Source of the DNA: Leucoraja ocellata
Taxonomy: Eukaryota
Length of the DNA stretch: 64,000 nucleotides
NCBI GenBank assembly: GCA_036785375.1
Contig: JAWMAR010000391.1
Span: 868,001-932,000, forward strand
Reading direction: 5' to 3'
The notes under the pieces are model-generated. The model saw only the letters and a list, made by a program, of their open reading frames with translations. It was not told the origin of the DNA and made no database searches. Made by a program: the position numbers and the translations under genes. Numbering within the stretch: position 1 is the first letter of the stretch; every line of letters starts with the position of its first letter. Below are positions 12,776 through 24,018 of the stretch, piece after piece.

Positions 12776-13172
12776 TGTGCTTGAAAGTGCAATGGCAATG
12801 GAAATGAAGTGAAAATGCAATCAGCTGTTTGGCTTGGGCCTGCCCTGTGCTTGAAAGTCCAATGTCAATGGAAATGGAGTCAAAATACAATCAGCTGTTT
12901 GGCTTGAGCCTGCCCTGTGCTTGAAAGTGCAATGGCAATGGAAATACAGTGAAATGCAATCAGCTGTTTGGCTTGTGCCTGCCCTGTGCTTGAAAGTGCA
13001 ATGACAATGGAAATTAAGTGAAAATGCAATCAGTTGTTTGGCTTGGCCTGGCCTGTGCTTGAAACTGCAATGGCAATGGAAGTGAAATGAAAATGCAATG
13101 AGCTGTTCGGCCTGCCCTGTGCTTGAAACTGCAATGCAATTGGAAATGAAATGAGTTGTTTGGCCTGCCTGA
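12776..13172. repeat. Minisatellite, about 6 copies of a 64-70 bp unit
   Basis: Units start TGTGCTTGAAA at 12776, 12846, 12916, 12985, 13054 and 13118. Confidence 0.92.
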
Positions 13173-14036
13173 AACCACAAATTTCGGCCCACAAGGCCCC
13201 TATTAGCCGAGAAACCAGTCCCTTTTTGGACCAAAAGGCCATGCCAGGCCAGGAAAAGTCCAGAAAAAAGTGCCTTTCACTGAGATTTCACTCAGATTTT
13301 TTAAAGAGCCCCTTTGGCCCATCAGGCCTGTACTAGCCCAGGAGTCTCTTCGACCCAACAGTAAGAATATGGCATTCTTGCATCCAAAGACCAGGGCATA
13401 GAATCTAAAAGTTGGGACATTATGTTGCGACTTTACAAAGCACTGGCTTAATCACTCTTGGAGTGTTCTGTGCAGTTCTGGCTGCTTGAATGGATTGTGC
13501 TGGAGAGAGCGCAGAATCCAGTATGTTGCCTGGATGGGAGAACCTTGTTTATGGAAAGAGGTTGGATAGGCTGTGTGTGTTTTCCCCAGAACAAAAGAGG
13601 CCGAGGGAAGATCTGACAGTTGTATTTAAAATTATAAAAGGATGGTCTGAATCTATTTTTCCCTATTGTAGGGATATCAAGTTGACACACATTTAAGGGG
13701 GGGGGGGGGGGGAGCGGGGGGGAGGAATCTTAAAATGGACTTGAGGGGAACGTTTTTTTAGCACAGAAGTGGAATCTGTTTCACGGGGGGGAGGGGATGG
13801 TGGAGTCAGAAACATTCACTACATTTATGAGGCATGTAGCAAGACACATAAAGAAGCAAGGAATAGAAAGATGCAGTCCCAATGTAGACACATAAGTATT
13901 GATGGACTAAATGGTTGGCAGGACATTTAGAGCAGAATGGGCCATTTCTGTGCTATACCACTGCGACTTGAGTCTTGAAGCACATTGTGGCTTTAGTTTG
14001 ATAACACAGCTCACTGCTGCACATGTGTCTGTCAGT

Positions 14037-14064
14037 CTGAAGATGGGGTTCGGCCCGAAACGTT
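14037..14064 (+). ncRNA. Minimal hammerhead ribozyme motif upstream of the promoter
   Basis: CTGAAGA-T-GGG gttcgg CCC-GAAA-CGTT within Penelope-like fragment 14030-14130. Confidence 0.5.
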
Positions 14065-14459
14065 GCCTATTTCCTTCGCTCCATAGATGCTACTGCACCC
14101 GCTGAGTTTCTCCAGCTTTTTTGTGCACCTTTACTGCTGCACGTGATAGCTGGGCTACATCGAGGACTCTCTGGGAGCGACCTGCTCCCGTTGCCCCAGC
14201 CCAACTCCACTCCCTCCCTTGCCCCAGCCCAACTCCACTCCCTCCCTTCCCCCAACCAACTCTTCCTCCCCCATCCTATAAACAACACTCCTTCTGTCAT
14301 TGCAGCAAATCCTTCCTTTAACCAACCCTCATCCCTCCCTCAGACGACCCGTGCTACCACTCCTGCATACAACCACCCTTCCCTGCCTGAACATAACCAA
14401 CCCACCCTCCCTGTAAACATCCCTCCCTCCAAACAACCCTCCCACCCGTCCCCAGCCCC

Positions 14460-15190
14460 CCCCTAACGGCGGTGTGCGCCTGCGCCCCGCACCGCTCTGC
14501 TCTGCTGTCTGCGCCTGATCTGATGTGGGCTCCGCTCACAGCCCGAGTGCATGGCCCCCGACTGCAGCCCCGGGCTGTAACACTCCGCAAACACCAGCGC
14601 CCCCAAACCCCCTCCGATTTTATTCCAATATTCAAAGCGGTCGGATCTCGGTGTCCGTGAGCGACCGAAGCATCTTCCGGCTCGGAGCGGGACCACGATG
14701 CACCAGACCCGGGGACAGGCCGAGGCCGGGGCCGTGTTGCTTCGCTGAATCGGGGCCGAGCGGAATCGGGAGTGTGGCTGTCTGGCGACAGGGGGGGGGG
14801 GCAGGGGGGAGGCGCTGATCGCTCCAACGGGGCCAACGCTGAGGAGGTTGCGGCCTAGTCGCCGTGCGTGTCCCCCCCACCCCTCCTCCCCTCGTTTGCT
14901 CGACTTGGCCGAGACCCTCCCCCCTCCTTCTCCTCCTCCCTCCCTCCCTCCGTCCACCGCACCATCTCCATCATGGCAGAGGAGCAGCCCGAGCGAGAGT
15001 CGGAGCAGCAGCAGCCCCGCAGGCCGGACGGCAGCGCGGCTCTGCCAAGCCTGGTGCCGGGGCTGGCAGAGTCGGAGGCGAATGCACTGCAGCAGAAGCT
15101 GAAGAACTCAATCTGGTGAGTGTGCACAACCATGGCCTTCTTCACAAACAAGTCCCTGCCTGCCCCTCAGCCGGATATCATAACATATTG
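14460..15190 (+). promoter_or_regulatory. CpG island / RFX7 promoter and 5' UTR
   Basis: Sharp rise in GC and CpG content over the first coding exon; CCAAT at about 14625; G-rich Sp/KLF-like runs near 14790-14815. Confidence 0.85.
14973..15115 (+). CDS. RFX7: RFX7 coding exon 1 (MAEEQPERE...QKLKNSI)
   Basis: ATCATGG Kozak context in the CpG island; ALPSLVPGL...ALQQKLKNSI matches the RFX7 N-terminus; donor TG|GTGAGT. Confidence 0.93.
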
Positions 15191-18100
15191 TTTGCCGGTG
15201 ATAAGAGGTGCTAACGCTACTAATGTTTTATGATATTAAGTGTAAGTACTTCTTTCATAGGCAAACAATATTTTATTTTCCGTGTGGTGGGACATCGATT
15301 TTACTGGTGTTTTTGTTTGTTTGGGTTGATACACGTTTATGGGGTCCGTTGAAGGAATGGATAGATTCTTTATGTGCTTTAGTTAAAAACCATTGCCATC
15401 CTCGAATTTATGTGAAACATGAGAGATTGCCTACATTTTTTTCTCTCGCATTATTCGTAAAACGATATGTTTTCTTTAGCCCCCCCCCCCCCCCCATACA
15501 GTGTCAAAGGGCGTATAAACGAAAATGCGCCCGAGAGCATTCATTGGAGTAGAAATTAATACGGTCAAACTTATTAACTTCTTGTAACGATGATGCCCTT
15601 GTATAGAAAAACGGGATTCATCTGGAAAATATTAACAGGTCTGCACTTCTAATTACAACAAATGAGTTATTTACAGGCAAAATATGTCCATTAGTTTTGT
15701 TCTTCAAATGTTTGATATTGTTAAAAATGAATAACTACTATCTGATATTTTTAGGGATTTTAACTTGATTTTCAGGGGTCTAAATATATGAAAATGTTTA
15801 GACCAAATCTCGTGATGCACTTCGAAGTAATATGGTTTTCAGAAAATATTGCCACCCTACAATCCAAAAAATGCAACGTTGTGTACAGATCCTATCTTCC
15901 TCCTGCACCAATCTCTTGAAATCCCCAAAAATCTGTATTATTTCAGTTTTTGCCTTGTGTTCATCTGCCAATTTTCAATTGTTGATGATGAATATTCAGG
16001 CTCAAAGCCGTGTAATTCCCTTCTGAATCCATCCATCTTTCTTCCTTTTGTTGAAATTTATTCTGAGCACCTGTTTTAATATCACTCTGTGAAGCTCGGC
16101 ATAAATTTTAGCTGGTTATGCCCATGGTGTACCTTGCTATGTCAATAAGAAGCCCGTTAATAATATGTGTAGGAAAGAACTGCAGATGGTTTATACTAGT
16201 TTAAATGGAAGATGGACACAAAATGCTTGAGTAACTCAGCAGGGCAGGCAGCATCTTTGGAGAGAAGGTATGGGTTAATAATAATTGAAAAGTGTACAAC
16301 CCACTAGGATTTGCTTTTCCATATTTCTGTCATCCAACAGTTTTAAATGATGTAAGAAATTCCACTCTTATTAGTTATTTAGTATAATACAAGTCTGAAT
16401 GTGATACATTTCATCATCAACACCACTCATTTTCGAAGTCCTTATGTCTATGTTCAATATCCAATGAGCTTGAATCCAAGTTCCATGAAAACCTGCTCTA
16501 TGATTAATGTTTTAACATTTTATTTTTGGTGTGTACCGGAGTTTGCTTTTGAAGGAAGTCCGGCTACAATCTGGCTTTGTATGGATTTGATTGCAAATGC
16601 TGTTCATTTGAACTTGATATAAGTTTTTTCCAATTTTAGACTAAGCTGCCAGGTGCAGCAGTTTGCAAGACGTGAAATGGATGGTTCTTGGTCTAGTCAG
16701 CTCATCTTGCTTGAATATGCACCTAGTGGCTGATGATAGTAGAGCATTACTAAGTTTTTGTGTTATTCCTGGCCTACCTTGTTCTTCCAAAGTGAGCTGT
16801 TTTAGTAAGTACAGGATTTAAACTTTCATATTGGATTTGAATAAAAGCATTGTTCATCAATCCATTTTTTTAAAAGCTGGCATAAATCATTATGCCCTGG
16901 CACTACTTGTGTACTCCTCTCTGAAATGCAGCTTGTTATTTTCCTCACAGCAGCTTTAGGAAATGTGGGTGATGGGGCTGATGGGAATGCATTGAGATCA
17001 AGTGTAGAATTGATGGGCTGAATAGCATCCATCTGTGTCATGAGAAAAAGTCTTGGGTCACAAAGTTTAGATTTTTCTGCTGTCAAATTATTCTGGAGTA
17101 TTATTTTAATGAATGTGAAAATTAACATTGTGTAAAATATGTAATTAAATTATGGGATGGAAGGCATTTGGCTGGAGGAATAGATGGTAGCATGAAGTGG
17201 TGTACAAGGAATTTGGGCATCATCATTAGCAAGAATTGGCATTCAACCAGCTTTTTTGGTTGATTTGGACAATGGGACTGTGTTAGAATGTCTTGAGTTT
17301 GCAGATAATTATCATTACATGCAAATGCAAAAAAGGATCTGAAAAAAGTAGGCCTGTTGACATAAAGATGGCAAATGCTATTTGATGCATAAAGCTATGG
17401 GCGTAACCACCGAACACAGATAATTCTAAAGCAATGGCTTGGTCTGGATCGTTGTATATATGTTAATGGAGTTTAGATATCTTGTTTAGTTAATGTACTA
17501 GTTTGGAAAAAGAGTCTTAATAATTCCAGAATCAAAGTTTTTGACGAGATGGCAGACATTGGGACTTTGTCCCATGAGCCGAATGAAGGATGATTTGTTT
17601 TAGTGCATAATATTCAGATGTTTGCATAATTTAGATCTAGATAATTTCATTTTACATTATCCATAGTACAATAATAAGGGATTTTAAAGAAAATAGTTAG
17701 CAAAATGCATGAAGCAGATTTAAATAAGGAAAGAAAGAAACATTTTAAGAACTGGGGGGGGGGGGGAGTGAGATGCTCATTAGTTGATGTAATCATATAT
17801 TAAAGTTCAAAATGTGGTAAGAAGTTCATTTGATTGTGTGGATCAGATAAATGGAATATTTATAATCTTCTGTCTGAAATACCCATGGTTCTTGCCCATT
17901 GTTCAAACTCCAGACATTTTTTCCCCCCAGTGCTGCAGTGATGTTGTGGAACCGTGTGTGGGAATTGGAAGATTCTGGAGCTTATAAAAGTCCATTGATG
18001 GTGGGTGTGCACCTGCAGGCTTGTTTGTTTGTCATGGCAAAGTGGTTGCCAAATATGCAGAGTACAAAATGTAAAGGAAATTTAATAGATTGCTGGTTGA

Positions 18101-20645
18101 GTTATCTGGTTGGCAATTCGGGCTATGTTTGGTCTCGCAAGAGGTAAAGGTCTTGGGGGATAATTGAAACGAGATATAGTTTAGTTTCCGTTTTGGTGAA
18201 GTGTTGTACTTGCCCTGATTTCAAATCGAACACCCTATAAAATACATTGATTATGACGCAATCGTATTATTGATATTTCAGTACCTCCAAAGGTGTAGGG
18301 TCTAATGGCAATGACAGATTTACAAAGATAGTTTCTGTTAACAGTATTAAAGTTTGTGCTTTGAAGATTTTTAATCAGGATAGTGTATAGGATTTTGTGT
18401 GCTTTTTGACTTTATTGGATAGTGATCTAAAACCAGCTTATAATGTATTTTCTGAAGTCATAATTCTTTCCCCTTTTTATATTAATGGCATGTAGAAAAG
18501 TTGCTGGATGCAAATATGTTGTGTTTTTTTACGGCTCTTTGTTTTCCTACGCTTAATGTTGCATTGTCAATTACTCATAAGGACCATTTGTAAGTGACTT
18601 GGCATATGAAATTCGTCGTATTTTGCAAACATACTTGGCTAATAAAGTATTATTGTGTGATTGTGATCTAATGTCTTGGCTATGAATATTCAATAAGTAC
18701 GTTTGTGGAATAAACTGCCAAATCTTAAACATGTAGTTATTACAGGTAATTTACTTCATATTTATGATTTTGTAAAAGAATAGTAGAACATGGGTTAAAA
18801 TATGTAATTGTTTATTACATAGGGGGAGGGGTTGGGGCAGGTTGAGATATTAGTAGTTAGTGACCTATGGTGAGACTGAAGAGGCCACAAGATAGAAAGC
18901 CCACTTTAAGGTAATTTTATAAACACTTTGAGAATTGGTATTGTCCCTATTGGATGCAGGGGGGTGGTTCACCCAATAAATATGTATTAGTTTACAATCC
19001 CACATCCTTACTTCATAATGCACAGGTCATTTTGTTTCTGAGGTCAAAATAAAGCTTTCATATCTTGTTTCTTAAAAGATGGGTTTAATTATAGGTACAA
19101 TGAAAGTAAGTAGATTTGCTGCTATTTTTTGCATTTATGTGGCTAGCAAAAGTTTCCTAAGAGCCATGTCGTGTTCCTTTATTTGGTGCATTTATGGTTG
19201 TCAATTTCATTGGTAGTCTGGTTACAGTAATCTTTGTTTTGATTTAATGCGCAAGCAGCTCCTATTTCAACCTGTGGCCTGACCTGTTTTCCCCCAGTAA
19301 TTCCGTTTTGTACACCTTAAAACACACTGACATTGGACATTTTCAGAATGTCACAAGCACATTACATAAATTTTCTCTGTTGCAGTCTCTGCAACACAAA
19401 CTTTTAAATCTTAATTCAGGTTTTATGGTCTTTTTAAGTTTCAAGTAAAACATATTTGTATCTGCTGGGATACAGTGTTTATCTGGGAAGCTGACTGTTT
19501 CCTGGTTGTTTGAAAAGATCTGATCCTTGTTTTTAGTTACCATCGCTCCAAAACAAAATTATTTTTCTATTTCTTAATCCTTCAATCTCTAAATACTTTT
19601 CGTTAAAGATTTATTTTAATGAAATACCTTTGGAAAAAAAATGGTGTATGGTCTGAACTGGTTCCCTGGCTTGTTTCAGCAGAAGGTGGGTTGGGTGGTT
19701 AAGGGGAGGAAAATCAGACTGGCCCTATACCTGCTTGTGTTTAAGTGAAGGCAAGGCAAATATGTGTAATCTGTTTCCTTTGCTGGGGTATCTAGAACCA
19801 AATGCCATCGTCTCAAACTAAGGGGTTGGCCATTTTTGACAGTTGAGAAGCAATTTATTTCCCCAGGTGATAGTGAATCTTTGGAATTCCCACCTGAAAG
19901 GGCTCCAGTTGCTCAGATGCAGAGTACATTCTAGAGAGACCAGTACATTTTTAGAAAGTAAGAGTATGAAGGAATATGGTGCATGCAGGAAAGTGGCACT
20001 GACATAGTAGATCAGCTATGATTTTATTTAATGGAGAAGCAAATTTTATGGAGGATCCCATTTGGAAGAGAATAAGTTAATTAGAGGCAGCAGCTTGTAT
20101 CTTATGTTCAAGTTGTTTGAGGAAGTGACTAATGTGAGCGATGCAGTTAGGGTGGTGGATATTGCCTACATGGATTTTTGTAGGGCATTTGATAAAATCC
20201 CCCATTGTAAATTGATCCAGAAGATTAGGATGAATGGGATTAACAGCAACTTGGTCACTACTGGCTTACTGGTGGTAGGACAATATTTAGGCTGGAGCTG
20301 TGTGACCAGTGGAGTTCCACAGAGATGGATGCTGGGACCTGTTGTTTGTGATATATATAAATGACTTTGAAATAAGCGTAGATGGGTTAGTTAGCAATTT
20401 TACGGATGGCACCAAGATTGCGGCGCACTGTGAGGAAGGCTGCCTAAATACATAGCAGAATCTAGATCAGTTATAGAAATGGCTGCTGTAGTTTAATCTG
20501 AACAAGTGTGAGGTGTTGCACTTTGGGAGGTCAAATGTATGAGGAATGTATACAATTATTGTTAAAGCTTTAACAGTGTTAATGTGTAGAGGGATCTTGG
20601 GGAATGAAGTGCATAACTCCCTGACGGTGGCAATACAAGTAGATA

Positions 20646-22290
20646 CAATGCCCTCCATAATGTTTGGGACAAAGACCCATCATTTATTTATTTGCATCTG
20701 TACCCCACAATTTGAGATATGTAATAGCAAAAATCACATGTGGTTAAAGTGCACATTGTCAGATTTGAATAAAGGCCATTTTTATACATTTTGGTTTCAC
20801 CATGTAGAAATTACAGCTGTATTGTACATAGCCCCCCTCCCCCCCCCCCCCATATAAGGCAACCATATGTTTGGGACACATGGCTTCACAATTGTTTGTA
20901 ATTGCTTTAATTGTTTAATTGCCTCCTTAATGCAGGTATAAGAGAGCTCTCAGCACTTCGTCTTTCTTCCAGTCTTTCCATCACCTTTTATTGCTGTTTA
21001 TCAACATGAGGACCAAAGTTGTGCCAATGAAAGTCAAAGAAGCCATTATGAGACTGAGAAACAAGAATAAAACTGTTAGAGACATCAGCCAAACCTTAGG
21101 CTTACCAAAATCAACTGCTTGGAACATCATTAAGAAGAAAGAGAGCACTGCTGACCTTACTAATCACAAAGGGACTGGCAGGCCAAGGCCAAGTCCACAG
21201 CTGATGACAGAAGAATTCTCTCTACCAAAGAAAAATCCTCAAATACCTGTCCGACCGATCAGAAACACTCTTCAGGAGTCAGGTGTGGATTTGTTAATGA
21301 CCACTGTCCGCAGAAGACTTCATGAACAGACATACAGAGGCTACACTGCATGATGCAAACCACTGGTTAGACGCAAAAATAGAATGGCCAGGTTACAGTT
21401 TGCCAAGAAGTACTTAAAAGAGCAACCACAGAGCTGGAAAAAGGTCTTGCGGACAGATGAGACAAAGATTAGCATATCAGAGTAATGGCAAGCGCAAAGT
21501 ATGGAGGAGAGAAGGAACTGCCCAAGATCCAAAGCATACCACGTGAAACATGGTGGTGGGGGTGTTGTTATGTCCTGGGCATGTATGGCTGCTGAAGGTA
21601 CTGGCTCACTTATCTTCATTGATGATACAACTGCTGAAGGTAGTAGCATAATGAATTCTGAAGTGTATAGACACATCCTATCTGCTCAAGTTCAAACAAA
21701 TGCCTCAAAACTCATTGGCCGGTGGTTCATTCTACAGCAAGCCAATGATCCCAAACATGCTGCTAAAGCAACAAAGGGGTTTTTCAAAGCTAAAACATGG
21801 TCAATTCATGAGTGGCCAAGTCAATCACCCGATCTGAACCCAATTGATCATGCCTTTTGTATGCTGAAGAGAAAACTGAAGGGGACCAACTTCCAAAACA
21901 AGCATTAGCTAAAGATGGCTGCAATACAGGCCTGGCAGAGCATCACCAGAGACGACCCACAGCAACTGGTGATGTCCATGAAAAGCAGACTTCAAGCAGT
22001 CATTGCATGCAAAGGATATGCAACAAAATACTAAACATGACTACTTTCATTTACATGACATTGCTGTGTCCCAAACATTATGGTGCCTTGAAATGGGGGG
22101 CTATGTATAAACGCTGCTGTAATTTCTACATGGGGAACCCAAAATGTATAAAAATTGCCTTTATTAAAATCTGACAAGGTGTACTTTAACCACATGTGAT
22201 TTTTTAAAATATTACAAATCTCCAATTGTGGAGTACAGAGGCAAATGCATAAATTATGGGTCTTTGGCCCAAACATTATGGAGAACACTG
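20646..22290 (+). mobile_element. Tc1-like (DD34E) DNA transposon, full length, decayed, IR/DR-type ends
   Basis: TA|CAATG...CACTG|TA; TIRs of about 230 bp (20646-20880, 22065-22290), each with a repeated CATAATGTTTGGGACA-like motif. Confidence 0.93.
21006..22035 (+). pseudogene. Tc1 transposase pseudogene
   Basis: HTH region TVRDISQTLGLPKSTAWNIIKK, GRPR, TDETK, KHGGG, QQANDPKH, WPSQSPDLNPID; frameshifts and stops. Confidence 0.9.
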
Positions 22291-22932
22291 TAGAGTGGTA
22301 AATAATGCTTGACTTCAATGATTAGGGCATTGAGTTTAAGAGTCAGGAGGTTGTAGTTGTATTGTAGTTTTATAGGACTTTGTTTAGGTCGCCTTTGAAG
22401 TTTTGCATGTAGTTCTGGTTACACCATTACAGGAAGGATGTGGAGGCTTTGGAAAGATGCAGAGAAGGTTTACCAAAAAGATGCTTGGAAGAGTGGGGAT
22501 TAGCAAAATGAAAAGGTTGGACAGACTTTGATTCTTTTCTCTGGATGGGGGAAACCTGAAAGAAATGTATTAAATTATGAAAGGCATAGTGAGACTAGAC
22601 AGTCAGAACCGTTTTCCGCAGGATTGAAATATCAAATAATAGAGGGCAAAGCTTTAAGGGGAGAGGGGAAAAGTTTAAAAAAAGATGTGGGGCAATTTTA
22701 TTTTATTGCAGAGTGCCTCAAGCTTGCTGCTGGTGGAGGTAGATAATGGTATTGAATAGGCTGTTGGATAAGCACATGGATATGCAGGGTATTACGTGAA
22801 TTATGTGCAGGCAGATAAGAGTTGACATCATGTTCGGCACAGACATTGTGAGCCTAAGGGTTTGTTCTTGTGCTGTATTCTTCTATGTTATCCTTTTGTG
22901 TGCTTAAAATCAGGCAGATGATGATCACAGGA

Positions 22933-23065
22933 ATGTGTAGGAAGGAACTGCAGATGCTGGTTTAAACCGAAGATGGACACAAAAGGCTGGAGTAACTCAG
23001 TGGGACAGGCAGCATCTCTGGAGAGAATGAATAGGTGATGTTTCGGCTCGTGACCCTTCTTCGGA
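22933..23065 (-). mobile_element. Penelope terminal fragment
   Basis: GGAAGGAACTGCAGATGCTGG...GTTTCGG...CCCTTCTTC. Similar pieces lie at 16167-16275, 33835-33963, 34688-34822, 38510-38590, 40795-40870, 61320-61710 and 62395-62620. Confidence 0.75.
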
Positions 23066-23984
23066 AGTGGTGGTCACCTGAATGCCTAATTAAGAAATAC
23101 AGAGAGCAAAATTTATATACTGCATCAACAGATTGGATGAAGGTCTTGGAGCTGGGATGTTAACTCTTCTTTTTCCATAGATGCTGTTCGTATGTTATTT
23201 CTGTTTTTACTACCGTTTTGGGGCTTAGTGTCAGGTGATGTTCACATGCAATTGGAACTTTTTGATGTCCTTGTATTTCAAGATAAGGTTATTTACTTGC
23301 ACTCTATGTTCATGGTCTTGGTTCAGGGACCAGTGTCTTCATTATGGATTTAAAAACAAAAAAGTGTGCAAAATTGCATTAATGATATTCATTGGGGAAT
23401 TGTCTATCTATTAGAGCTCACTCCCTCAACTTTTATCCCCCCCCCCCCCCCCCCCCCCAGTGTCTTGATGACTACACTGGTGACCATTGCAGGACTGAGG
23501 TCAGTTCACCAGACTACAACAGCGCCATCCTTGTCGGCAGCATTTGATGACAGCATCCGTATTGGATTTTTAGTAAGCATAATTGAAATTGCGCTAATTA
23601 TGAATCAATTTTTATATCATCATCAAATCTGCTGACAATTTAATCATTTCCCAAGGTTAGCACTACATATGAACATAATAAATTGTGCCAAGAAGCTATG
23701 CCATGGCTGATATCCTACCTTGCTACGGTTTTTCTGTGCCACTAATTATTCCTTTCAGTGAACTTGACAAATAAGGCTTAACAGTCCTCTGGGGTAGAGA
23801 TTTCTAAAACATTAATTTCCATTTTATGATGGAAGTATAATAATCCATTTTACTCAGTTAACATGTTTTGCTGAGACATCATGGTCTTTTGGGATTCCGA
23901 AATGAGCAAAACATCTTCTGTATAAATATTGTAAATCGCCTTATTTAGATTTCAATATAGTACTAATTTTCTTTCTCTCCACAG

Positions 23985-24018
23985 CAAAACTGTACAATCA
24001 AAAGTGGACTGCATTTTG
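23985..24018 (+). CDS. RFX7: RFX7 coding exon 2 (CKTVQSKVDCIL)
   Basis: Polypyrimidine tract then ACAG acceptor; 34 nt; donor TTG|GTAAGT; phase fits exons 1 and 3. Confidence 0.95.

Larger units (their letters stand above)
20040..22890 (+). mobile_element. CR1-type LINE remnant split by the Tc1 insertion
   Basis: VDIAYMDFCRAFDKIPH and VTSGVPQ RT motifs before 20645; CR1-like sequence resumes at 22291. Confidence 0.8.

Noticed and set aside
12776-13172. Regular repeats resembling a CRISPR array
   Set aside because: The units are contiguous with no unique spacers, there are no cas genes, and the context is eukaryotic; it is a minisatellite.
14354-15214. Cluster of overlapping ORFs on both strands
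   Set aside because: Expected from stop-codon scarcity in a CpG island; only 14973-15115 matches RFX7.
23437-23458. Long C/G homopolymers (also near 3263, 13697, 15480, 43095, 63195)
   Set aside because: Simple runs whose lengths are unreliable in assemblies; the poly-Pro/Gly ORFs they generate are artefacts.
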